The position numbers and the translations under genes are program-made. Shown here piece by piece: positions 12,258-20,909 of a DNA stretch of 48,490 bases. The DNA is from Lambdavirus PDP110P1. Numbering within the stretch: the first letter of the stretch is position 1; every line of letters starts with the position of its first letter. The stretch is taken from the sequence record OZ035751.1. One strand, written 5' to 3'. The notes beneath the pieces were generated by a model, which was given only the letters and a program-made list of their open reading frames with translations, had not been told where the DNA came from and made no database searches.

Positions 12258-12514
12258 CCATGAATAACCGAATCGTTGAGTGTGCCTCCAGAGCGGGGCG
12301 CGACTTCTCAGAGTTCATGACTGGCGAGAAGAACATGATGGAGGCGCTGCGTTCTGCTGAAGAGTTCACCGAGCAGTTACGCATTCACGGCTGCGTTAAT
12401 CACCATTTCGTCAATTTCATGATGATGAAAGCGATCATGAAGGTATTTGACGACTTGCGCCGAGAGGAGTTGCGGGAAGAACGACGACGCAAACGTGAAG
12501 AGAAGAAGAAATGA
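12254..12514 (+). CDS. hypothetical protein with basic/acidic C-terminal tail
   Basis: 86-aa ORF translationally coupled to the KilA-N gene; C-terminus EELREERRRKREEKKK. Confidence 0.45.
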   Translation: MTMNNRIVECASRAGRDFSEFMTGEKNMMEALRSAEEFTEQLRIHGCVNHHFVNFMMMKAIMKVFDDLRREELREERRRKREEKKK

Positions 12515-12537
12515 GCCCACCACGGTGGGCTTTTATC
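12513..12537 (+). terminator. rho-independent terminator
   Basis: GCCCAC-CACG-GTGGGC followed by TTTTAT. Confidence 0.65.
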
Positions 12538-12589
12538 CTCCCCCGCATCCCTGCTAATCTGTCGAAAACAAACCAACGGGGATAGGGAT

Positions 12590-12970
12590 ATGAAAAAGGT
12601 TCTATTGGTTGCAGCAATAGCGGTTGTACTTGCCGGTTGTGCTTCTGGCGGCAATAAGTCGATTGAGCAAGAAACGCAGATTGGCGTTCAGAGTAAAATA
12701 ATCAAAGGAAAGACGACGAAGCAAGAAGTTAAGGCTGCATATGGAGATCCAGCTGGGGTATCAATCTCCAGTGATGGGAAAGAACAGTGGCACTATGTTT
12801 TCACAAACACACAGATCAGCGGGAAAGCATTTATTCCCATCTATGGACTATTTGATAACGGCGCTACTACCAACATGAAGCAGCTTATAATCGTGTTTAA
12901 GGGCGATATTGTAGATAATTACTTATTTAATAATTCAAATACAGAAGTTAAATCAGGCCTCCTAAACTAA
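12590..12970 (+). CDS. outer-membrane lipoprotein, BamE/SmpA-OmlA-like (moron)
   Basis: signal peptide with lipobox LAG-C; core IKGKTTKQEVKAAYGDPAGVSISSDGKEQWHYVF resembles the BamE/OmlA fold motif; visibly AT-rich; own terminator. Confidence 0.6.
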   Translation: MKKVLLVAAIAVVLAGCASGGNKSIEQETQIGVQSKIIKGKTTKQEVKAAYGDPAGVSISSDGKEQWHYVFTNTQISGKAFIPIYGLFDNGATTNMKQLIIVFKGDIVDNYLFNNSNTEVKSGLLN

Positions 12971-12988
12971 CCAACTTCCATGTTATAG

Positions 12989-13014
12989 ACCTCGCTCCGG
13001 CGGGGTTTTTTATT
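12989..13014 (+). terminator. rho-independent terminator
   Basis: CCTCGC-TCCG-GCGGGG followed by TTTTTTAT. Confidence 0.7.
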
Positions 13015-13041
13015 GCCAGATAACTCATTCAGGAAACAAAA

Positions 13042-13518
13042 ATGGCTCGTAAAAGCATCGTATTCACGGTTGAAGCAGATAACCGTGACAAGGGTAAGCA
13101 GTTCAAAATCACCGAAATGCCGGCGAGAAAGGCCGAAGAGTGGGCGATCCGCCTGGCGTGTGCCGTGATTGGCGCCGGCGTTACCGTTCCCGACAATATG
13201 ATGATGGCCATCGGTGCTGCGGTGGCGCCGGCCCCAGCCGAGGATAACGCAGAAGCTCGCGAGCTGTACGAAAGCGTGATGGCCAGCGGTATGGCCGGAC
13301 TCGCTCAGTGGGGTATCACTTCACTGGCTAAAGTTCCGTTCGCACAGTCAAAGCCTCTGCTTGATGAGTTGCTTGGCTGCGTGAAATTCCTCGGCGGTAA
13401 TGGTATCGAAACAGCGCTTGTTGACGAAGGTCAGATCGAAGAAATCAGCACCTGGTCGCGCCTGAAAATCGAAGCCTTCAAACTCCATATCGCTTTTGTA
13501 GCAGCCACCGCAAGTTAG
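13042..13518 (+). CDS. tail assembly chaperone (putative)
   Basis: 158 aa immediately upstream of tape measure gene; RBS AGGAAA; a -1 frame stays open to the tape measure start. Confidence 0.45.
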   Translation: MARKSIVFTVEADNRDKGKQFKITEMPARKAEEWAIRLACAVIGAGVTVPDNMMMAIGAAVAPAPAEDNAEARELYESVMASGMAGLAQWGITSLAKVPFAQSKPLLDELLGCVKFLGGNGIETALVDEGQIEEISTWSRLKIEAFKLHIAFVAATAS

Positions 13519-13716
13519 AAATTCCCCTATCCGTCCCGGAAGATTCAGATCGCGGCTTCATACAGTATGCGAATGTACCGCGCACCATCGCCGCGGTGAT
13601 CTCCGGGAAAATGGCGACACTCCACGAACTGGACACGGTATACAGCGTTCAGGATATGTGGTGGCTGATAGAAATAATGACCGTGGATAACACCAACAGA
13701 GCCATAGCAGCGGAGA

Positions 13717-15681
13717 GTGATCATGGCAGCAACGGTAATTGACGCCCTCCTGGTTACGCTGGGCCTTGATACTTCTCAGTTCCGCAAAGGCCAGCAGGAA
13801 GTCAGTGATGACCTGAAAAAGCAGCGCGAAGATGCCAAAAATACCGCCAAGGAAATGGCGGAGCAGGGCAAGAAAGCCGCTTCGTTCTTCAGCAGCATAA
13901 AGACGGAATTGCTGGCACTAACTGGTGTTACTGTCACTGCCGGCGGCCTGATAAGCTTTGTGAAAAGCACCACTTCCGGCCTGATGGATTTATCGATCCA
14001 GTCGAAAGTGCTGGGGCTGTCAGCCCGTGAGCTTGATGGTTGGTCGAAGTCAGCAGAGGCAGCAGGGAGTTCAGCTGAGAAGATAAGCGCTTCTCTGCAG
14101 GGGTTTCAGGGCGCTATACAGGGCGCGAGGGTCGGCGATTACAGTAGCTCTATTTTTGGTGGTCTGGCGCAATTAAATGCTCTGACGGGCCAGAATTTTG
14201 ACGTGTGGGGACAGGATGCCAGTTCCCTGGCCAAAACATCCCTTGATGCGCTACGGAAAATCAGCGATCCAAACCTTCGCCGGCAGGTCGGGTTAAGTCT
14301 TGGATTTGATGATGCAACCTTGCAGCGTAATCAGGAAGGGAAATTCCTGCCTGACGTTGATCGCCTGACTAAAAGCTCCGGCATTACAGACGCCTCAACC
14401 AAAGGCGCAAAGGAAGTTACAGCTGCATGGGCGGAGCTGGGACAAAATCTTGACACGGTAAAAAACCAGATTTACGTGGGTTTGATACCAACCATTCGCG
14501 ATCTGAATGATTTCCTCATAGAGTGGTCGTCTGGTAACGCAAAATCCTCTTCATTCTTCAAAGAGCTGAAGCGGGACATTAACGACATTACTGGTATTGA
14601 CCTTGGTAGCTGGACGCTATCAGGCGATCTGCGCAACCTCAAAGATAACTTTTCCATGCTCGGAAAAGTGCTCAATCACCTGGGTAACGCTTTAAACGAG
14701 CTCAATAACGGCAACTTCTCCAAGGCTGCCGATGAGTTTAAAAAGGCGTGGTATGGCACTGAAGACGGAAAGCCTACCGGTAATGATGCGCTGCCCGGAG
14801 TGACCAAGGCAGCCGAGCAGGCGCTGAAGAAAAACGGCGGAACACTGGATTTTAAACCTGATCAGGACTCTGCGTATCTAAGCCCGCAGCAGCAGGCAAC
14901 GCAGAAAATGCTGGATGCAGTTAAGTTTCAGCCGCTTCCTGAACAGCGCAGGCAGCAGCAGGATGAGAGAGACTACTGGGAAAGCACCAAAAATCTCCTT
15001 TCAAAAATCGCTGATGCCCTGATCTCTCCAGCTGGCGCGGCAACAATGCAGCCAGATACCTCGGGATACCAGCCAAACGTCCCGCTTAACGCACAGGCTG
15101 CTCGCCTTGGCGCCAAAGGAAGGGCATTTCTTCAGGCTATGGCTGGCGAATTCGGGGCGCTGGAAGGTAAATATGGACTTCCCGCTGGGCTGCTGTCTTC
15201 GGTGGCTGGTACTGAATCGGGTGGCGACCCGTTCGCAGTATCCCCCAAAGGGGCGAAAGGCCCATTCCAGTTTATGGATGGAACTGCCAGAGACTTGGGT
15301 TTGAAGGGGATGGACGTTTATGACCCCCACAAGTCAGCTGATGCCGCTGCAAGATATTTGCGCTATCTGCTGGATGCTACTGGTGGCGATCTGGAAAAAG
15401 CTCTTGCCTCCTATAACTGGGGGCTCGGAAACGTCCAGAAGAAAGGCATGGACAACCTACCGTCGGAAACTCGCAATTACGTCCCTAAAGTCATGGCCGG
15501 AATGCGCCCCGGCGCCGGGATGGCCGTAGACCGAGCGATGCCCGTGCAGTCCGGTGCGACTTATCAGTTTTATGGCACCAAAATCACCACCCAGGCCCAG
15601 AACGTGGAACAGCTTACCAGCGACATCAAAAAGCACGGCGACAACCGTGTCATGCTTTTGGCTGGCTACTCAGGACAATAA
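13717..15681 (+). CDS. tail tape measure protein with C-terminal lytic transglycosylase (SLT) domain
   Basis: 654 aa; coiled-coil-rich N-terminal part; SLT motif …GTESGGDPFAVSPKGAKGPFQFMDGTARDLG…; ATG at 13723 has the better RBS. Confidence 0.7.
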   Translation: MIMAATVIDALLVTLGLDTSQFRKGQQEVSDDLKKQREDAKNTAKEMAEQGKKAASFFSSIKTELLALTGVTVTAGGLISFVKSTTSGLMDLSIQSKVLGLSARELDGWSKSAEAAGSSAEKISASLQGFQGAIQGARVGDYSSSIFGGLAQLNALTGQNFDVWGQDASSLAKTSLDALRKISDPNLRRQVGLSLGFDDATLQRNQEGKFLPDVDRLTKSSGITDASTKGAKEVTAAWAELGQNLDTVKNQIYVGLIPTIRDLNDFLIEWSSGNAKSSSFFKELKRDINDITGIDLGSWTLSGDLRNLKDNFSMLGKVLNHLGNALNELNNGNFSKAADEFKKAWYGTEDGKPTGNDALPGVTKAAEQALKKNGGTLDFKPDQDSAYLSPQQQATQKMLDAVKFQPLPEQRRQQQDERDYWESTKNLLSKIADALISPAGAATMQPDTSGYQPNVPLNAQAARLGAKGRAFLQAMAGEFGALEGKYGLPAGLLSSVAGTESGGDPFAVSPKGAKGPFQFMDGTARDLGLKGMDVYDPHKSADAAARYLRYLLDATGGDLEKALASYNWGLGNVQKKGMDNLPSETRNYVPKVMAGMRPGAGMAVDRAMPVQSGATYQFYGTKITTQAQNVEQLTSDIKKHGDNRVMLLAGYSGQ

Positions 15682-15684
15682 CTC

Positions 15685-16524
15685 ATGTCGTTTTCTCTGA
15701 ATGTCTCGACAGTGCTATCCGCCATTCAGGGAGGAAGCCTGTTATCCGTCCTTAACAGCGCTCTGTCGCCAACTTACCGGATCACCTATAACACCGTTGA
15801 CGAGTCGCTTTTGACGGCTGCAGCCGGGCAGGAGGTTTTCTCTCCTTCCGGATGGGTTAGCGTTGATCGCTACGGTGATGCGGCGGTGACTAAGGGGCCG
15901 GTAGAAAAGGGCCGGTACACGTCCTACAACAAAGTGAAACAGCCGTCTGAACTGAGGATCATTTTTGCCCTTGAGGGGTGGACGGCTTTTTCCGGGTCAC
16001 TGCCTAACCTGACCAATTTCTCTTTGCTGAGCCGTAACAATTTCATTCAGAAACTGGATGAGATGAAAAACACGGCCAGCACCTACAACATCGAGACGCC
16101 GGACACGGTGTATTACAGCTACGATCTGACCCACTTCGATTATTTTGTGGGGTCATATCGCGGGCAGACGTTGTTGATGGCGAACTGCACTTTCGAGGAG
16201 ATCATGGACGGCGGGGAGGTCATGCTTTCAAATGCTGTTATTGAAGGGCCGCCGACCAGCAACGCAAAAACCAACAATGGCGCCGCAGCATCAACGCAGG
16301 TGATCACCGGGGCAACGAAAGAGGTGACATTGAGCGATGTTAAGAATGCCTGGTCAAGTGCAGATACAACCTTATCAGACGCTCTCCAGACGACCGGGGC
16401 GGGGATTGTATCTAACGTTAACTCGGCGGCCGAGTCGGTCTCTAAGGCGTGGGACAGCTCTTCGACTGCAGTTTCTAAGCAGATAAAAAGCACCGTCTCC
16501 GACTTTCTGGAAAAGGTGATGTGA
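15685..16524 (+). CDS. putative tail/baseplate protein
   Basis: 279-aa ORF directly after tape measure. Confidence 0.4.
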   Translation: MSFSLNVSTVLSAIQGGSLLSVLNSALSPTYRITYNTVDESLLTAAAGQEVFSPSGWVSVDRYGDAAVTKGPVEKGRYTSYNKVKQPSELRIIFALEGWTAFSGSLPNLTNFSLLSRNNFIQKLDEMKNTASTYNIETPDTVYYSYDLTHFDYFVGSYRGQTLLMANCTFEEIMDGGEVMLSNAVIEGPPTSNAKTNNGAAASTQVITGATKEVTLSDVKNAWSSADTTLSDALQTTGAGIVSNVNSAAESVSKAWDSSSTAVSKQIKSTVSDFLEKVM

Positions 16525-16525
16525 C

Positions 16526-16831
16526 ATGCAGGAAATTAGCTTATCACCGTCACTATCCCAAAAGGTCTATGTCACGCTTGGCGGCCAGAACTGCGCGATC
16601 AAGTTACATCAGCGTTCAACCGGGTTTTACGCCGATCTGTATGTCGATGACAAGCCGATATTTCAGGGTGTTCTCTGCCTGAACTGCGTTTACCTGGTTC
16701 GGTATAAATATCTGGGGTTCAGTGGCGATCTGGTTTTCGTTGACTCAAAAGGTACAGCTGATCCCTATTACGACGAAATCGGCACCAGATTCAAGCTGTA
16801 TTATGCGACGAGCAGTGAGGTCGGCAGATGA
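16526..16831 (+). CDS. putative baseplate-associated protein
   Basis: 101-aa ORF in baseplate cluster. Confidence 0.35.
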   Translation: MQEISLSPSLSQKVYVTLGGQNCAIKLHQRSTGFYADLYVDDKPIFQGVLCLNCVYLVRYKYLGFSGDLVFVDSKGTADPYYDEIGTRFKLYYATSSEVGR

Positions 16832-17697
16832 GTTACAAGGAGAGAGAGCTTACCGTATCGTTCACGCTGGCTAACGGTACGTTTGACGGCGGAATTGGTA
16901 ATACGCTGACGGTTAAAGGCTTCAAGTGTGAGGCTGCTATATCTGCCTTTGGCGGCGCTACAGGCACAATGATGGAGCTAAGCCTGTGGGGCCTGTCACT
17001 GGAGAACATGGCCAAGCTGACGACCAACGCGCAAAAAATAATCGCCGCCGAGCAAAATGCTATCGTCGTTTATGCTGGCGACACCCGTGTTTTTTCCGGG
17101 TCAATAACATCAGCCAGGATTAACCTGAACCAGATGCCGGATGCGCCGATTGAGATAACCGCGGCGGCCGCCGGCAGGGAGCGCCTGATCCCCTGTGAGC
17201 CCACATCCATTCGCGGCGATGCGGATGTGGCTGATATGATTCGCGCTCTTGCCTTTAAAGTTGGCCTGAAATTCATCAATGTCGACGTCAAAAGCACCGA
17301 GCGCAACCCGGTGTACAAAGGCAATGCGATAAAGCAGATCATTGAAATAGCAGCTGCGCATAAAATAACGGTAAATATTGATTTTGGCACCGTCACTATT
17401 TACACCGGGAAGAAACCCTCTGACTCTGTCGTTCCATATGTTTCTCCATCAACAGGGCTTATTGGGTATCCGATTTTTTATGACATGGGGATTAACTTTC
17501 GCTGCATTTACTCTCCATCTCTGAAACTGAATACCAAAATCATCCTTGAGACTGACCTGCCGCACGCAAGCGGGGAATGGATTATTCAGGCAGGAACCAC
17601 TCATTATCTTTCCTGTAAAGTTCCCGGTGGTCTGTGGGAAACGTTCGTCGTGGCCGCGCCTGGGTATCTTGTAAAAGGTGATGAAAATGCTAACTAA
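16828..17697 (+). CDS. putative baseplate hub protein
   Basis: 289-aa ORF, overlapping starts and stops with neighbours. Confidence 0.4.
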   Translation: MSYKERELTVSFTLANGTFDGGIGNTLTVKGFKCEAAISAFGGATGTMMELSLWGLSLENMAKLTTNAQKIIAAEQNAIVVYAGDTRVFSGSITSARINLNQMPDAPIEITAAAAGRERLIPCEPTSIRGDADVADMIRALAFKVGLKFINVDVKSTERNPVYKGNAIKQIIEIAAAHKITVNIDFGTVTIYTGKKPSDSVVPYVSPSTGLIGYPIFYDMGINFRCIYSPSLKLNTKIILETDLPHASGEWIIQAGTTHYLSCKVPGGLWETFVVAAPGYLVKGDENAN

Positions 17698-18277
17698 CCA
17701 GACCCCTGAGAGCGTGTCATCACAGGGTAACGCCATATTATCGCTGCTACATTCAGCGCTGAAAGGAATGACGTTTGTTGATATTGTTCTGGTTAGGGAG
17801 GTTGAAGGCGATGTGTTGACCGTTCTCCCCCTGGTTAATGATGTAGACGTTTCAGGCCGGGCCATTGCCAATCAGGACGTTTACCAGATCCCATATCTCA
17901 GACTTCAGGCGGGAAACAGCGCGGTAAAAATGGAGCCAAGGCCTGGAGACATTGGTCTGGTTGTTATCTGCGACAAGGACACCACGAACGTTAGGGAAAC
18001 CAGATCAGAGGGGCCCGCACCAACTCAGCGCCGCCACTCGTATTCCGATGCGATGTACATAACCGCAATAGCCAGCATGAATGGGGAACCTACTGAATTT
18101 GCTGAATTTACTGGAAGTGGCATAAATATAAAAAGCCCGGGCGTGGTTAACATCAATGGCTTGAAAGTCCACTCAGATGGCAAACTTGAGCTTGTCGATG
18201 GCTCTATCGTTGATGGGCATGACCATGGCGGGGTAATATCAGGGGGAAGCCGAACCGATCCTCTGGCGCCGGCATAA
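17678..18277 (+). CDS. putative baseplate spike/assembly protein
   Basis: 199-aa ORF in baseplate cluster. Confidence 0.35.
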   Translation: MMKMLTNQTPESVSSQGNAILSLLHSALKGMTFVDIVLVREVEGDVLTVLPLVNDVDVSGRAIANQDVYQIPYLRLQAGNSAVKMEPRPGDIGLVVICDKDTTNVRETRSEGPAPTQRRHSYSDAMYITAIASMNGEPTEFAEFTGSGINIKSPGVVNINGLKVHSDGKLELVDGSIVDGHDHGGVISGGSRTDPLAPA

Positions 18278-18288
18278 AGGGAATAAAA

Positions 18289-18669
18289 ATGTCGCTCTTA
18301 GTCATAGCTGCTCTGCTTGGATTAATTCCTGCCTTTATCGCTCAAAGTAAGGGGAGGTCATTTGGCGCGTGGTGGTTGTATGGATTCCTTCTTTTCATCG
18401 TCGCCATTATTCATGTTCTTTTCGTTACGCCACACAATACAGCAGGCACCGTTGCCAGTGACTCAATCGGCCCCATGCGAGATTGCCCATATTGTGCAGA
18501 GCCAGTGAAGTATCAGGCCTCAAAATGCAAGCATTGTGGTAGTGAGATAGAACCTATACCGATCCCTGAGCCAAAATATAATGGAACTCAGATAGCCTGG
18601 AGCAGAATTGCAATTTTGATTGGAGGGATTGTGTTGCTGGCTATCATTTCAGGCATCATAGGCAAATAA
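18289..18669 (+). CDS. membrane protein with zinc-ribbon (moron)
   Basis: 126 aa; two N-terminal and one C-terminal hydrophobic helices flanking CPYC…CKHC; followed by a strong terminator. Confidence 0.55.
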   Translation: MSLLVIAALLGLIPAFIAQSKGRSFGAWWLYGFLLFIVAIIHVLFVTPHNTAGTVASDSIGPMRDCPYCAEPVKYQASKCKHCGSEIEPIPIPEPKYNGTQIAWSRIAILIGGIVLLAIISGIIGK

Positions 18670-18693
18670 ACCCGCTAAAAACTCAAAAATAAA

Positions 18694-18719
18694 AACCTCG
18701 CTTCGGCGGGGTTTTTTTA
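18694..18719 (+). terminator. rho-independent terminator
   Basis: CCTCGC-TTCG-GCGGGG followed by TTTTTTTAT; near-identical to the terminator at 12989-13014. Confidence 0.7.
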
Positions 18720-18731
18720 TGGGCGAAATCC

Positions 18732-19088
18732 ATGAAAACAATATCTCTCAAACTTGACCCAGATACCTGGGATCTTGTCCTTGATGAGCTGGGTAATATC
18801 GCCACGGTTGAAAACCCCTACGCCTGCGCTCAGGACGTAGCGACGGCATGCCTGGCTATACGCGGCGAGTGCATTTACGAAAAAGACACCGGCGTTAATT
18901 ACAAAGAGCTGCTTAACGTTAAGGCCAGCACTGGCGCCATGGCGGCCGCGCTTCAGGTTGAAGCGTTGCGGATGAGCTATATCGCGCGAGCTGAGCCGAC
19001 GCTGATTAACAACAGCGATACGCGCCGCACTACCGGCGTTATTGCGATCGTGGATACCAACGGCCTGGATTCCAGCGTCACCCTGTGA
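18732..19088 (+). CDS. putative baseplate protein (gp25/W-like position)
   Basis: 118-aa ORF preceding the J-like baseplate gene. Confidence 0.35.
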   Translation: MKTISLKLDPDTWDLVLDELGNIATVENPYACAQDVATACLAIRGECIYEKDTGVNYKELLNVKASTGAMAAALQVEALRMSYIARAEPTLINNSDTRRTTGVIAIVDTNGLDSSVTL

Positions 19089-19095
19089 GGAAAAA

Positions 19096-20328
19096 ATGAC
19101 GACAATCTCTACGGCGGTACCGGCCGTGACCTTTTCCACCACTGGCCTTGATGTTCCGGATGAGGGAGACATTCTTGCCGGGCGTATAGCAGATATTGGT
19201 TCTGCATTCGGGACGGCGATGAGCACGAACCTCAAGACGCCACAGGGGCAACTGGCTGTCACTGATACTGCAATCATCGCAGACAAGAACGATCAGCTTC
19301 TGGCTATCGTCAACAACATGAACCCGGACTTTTCCTCCGGAAGATTTCAGGATGGCATTGGCAGGATTTACTTCCTCGATCGTATTGCTGCTGCGGGTAC
19401 GGTTGTAACGGCCACATGCTCCGGCGTACCGGGAACGGTTATTCCGGCACAGTCCTATGCAACCGACGATAACGGTTATATGTACGTGTCCCTGGCGGCC
19501 GGAACGATTGGCGCAGACGGGACGGTAAAAATTGAGTTCCAGAACCTGACTACCGGTCCGATAGCTTGCCCCATCGGTACGCTGACAAACATCTATGTCG
19601 CGGTAAGTGGCTGGTCGAGTATCACCAACGAGACCGCGGGTGTACCGGGCTCGAATGTTGAAGGGCGATCTGCATTTGAGTATCGCCGTCGCCAGTCAGT
19701 GGCACGTAACGCCTTCAACACGGCGGCGGCTGTGCGGGCTGCTGTCCTGGAAGTCGACGGGGTGCTTGATGTTTATGTGATCGACAACAAAGAGCCGACT
19801 TCCGTCGAAAAAGGTTCCACGAATTACACACTGCTGGCCAGCTCGATTTATATCGGGGTTTATGGCGGGGCAGTAGCTGAGATTGCAGCGGCCATCAATA
19901 AAAAACTCCCCCCGGGCACCGTTATGAACGGTGACACCACCGGGACCGTGCAGGATACCGAAAATTATGACGCCCCTTATCCGGAGTACACCTACAGGTG
20001 GAAAACGCTGGACGCGGTGAGTGTTCATATCAAGGTGGAATATGAGGAAAATGATGGCCTTCCGTCAGATATCAACGCGCAGATCAGAACGGTCGTCCTG
20101 AATGCCTTTACCGGCGCAGATGGAGGTACCCGGGCGCGTGCCGGCGCGCGAATTTATGGCAGCCGCTATATCGGACCCATTCAGGCGCTCGATGCACAGA
20201 ACATGAACGTTCTTTCTGTCCAGATCTCTCTGAACGGAACCACCTGGTCTAGTGCGCTGACTATGGGGATAGATCAGGAACCGACCCTCGATGCGACAAA
20301 CATCATAACGGAGGCGGTAAGTGAATAA
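19096..20328 (+). CDS. baseplate J-like protein (putative)
   Basis: ~410 aa from ATG 19096 (RBS GAGGAA); track ORF starts earlier at 19042; position before tail fibres. Confidence 0.45.
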   Translation: MTTISTAVPAVTFSTTGLDVPDEGDILAGRIADIGSAFGTAMSTNLKTPQGQLAVTDTAIIADKNDQLLAIVNNMNPDFSSGRFQDGIGRIYFLDRIAAAGTVVTATCSGVPGTVIPAQSYATDDNGYMYVSLAAGTIGADGTVKIEFQNLTTGPIACPIGTLTNIYVAVSGWSSITNETAGVPGSNVEGRSAFEYRRRQSVARNAFNTAAAVRAAVLEVDGVLDVYVIDNKEPTSVEKGSTNYTLLASSIYIGVYGGAVAEIAAAINKKLPPGTVMNGDTTGTVQDTENYDAPYPEYTYRWKTLDAVSVHIKVEYEENDGLPSDINAQIRTVVLNAFTGADGGTRARAGARIYGSRYIGPIQALDAQNMNVLSVQISLNGTTWSSALTMGIDQEPTLDATNIITEAVSE

Positions 20329-20908
20329 TGTCGACTGGACGATCTACGCGCAGTACGTGAACTCAACCAGCCTGCGGTCACTGATTGACACCTTTAACGC
20401 TTCTGTAGCGCCAGAGGACTGGATAGACACGTTCTATGACCTCGTATTCAACATCGAGACCTGTGGTGATTACGGGCTGATGTGCTGGGGTAAAATCGTT
20501 GATGTAGAGCGCTTGCTGACTGTGACGCCATCCCAGCAGTTTCTGGGGTTTGGCGAAGCGACCAGTACCCCGGCAGAACTCACCGACCCGCAACCCTTTA
20601 ACCAGGCACCTTTCTATACCGGCGTACAGGACACGAATACTGTTGTCCTGACCAATGAGGCATACCGCAAGCTGATCATGTGCAAAGCGATGGCGAACAT
20701 CAGCGACTGCACTGTACCGGTCATGAACCGCATGCTGATGTACATGTTCGGCACCAGCGGGCGGGCTTACGTGCGTGACGATGGCAACCATGTCATGAGC
20801 TACGTATTCGAATTCCAGCTTTCCGATTCTGAGCTGGCCATAGTGCAAAGCTCCGGCGCGCTTCCTTCCCCTCCCGGGGTAAAAGTTAACATCGTTCAGG
20901 AGGTCTGA
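20321..20908 (+). CDS. putative baseplate/tail-fibre attachment protein
   Basis: 195-aa ORF between J-like gene and first tail fibre. Confidence 0.35.
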   Translation: MNNVDWTIYAQYVNSTSLRSLIDTFNASVAPEDWIDTFYDLVFNIETCGDYGLMCWGKIVDVERLLTVTPSQQFLGFGEATSTPAELTDPQPFNQAPFYTGVQDTNTVVLTNEAYRKLIMCKAMANISDCTVPVMNRMLMYMFGTSGRAYVRDDGNHVMSYVFEFQLSDSELAIVQSSGALPSPPGVKVNIVQEV

Positions 20909-20909
20909 A

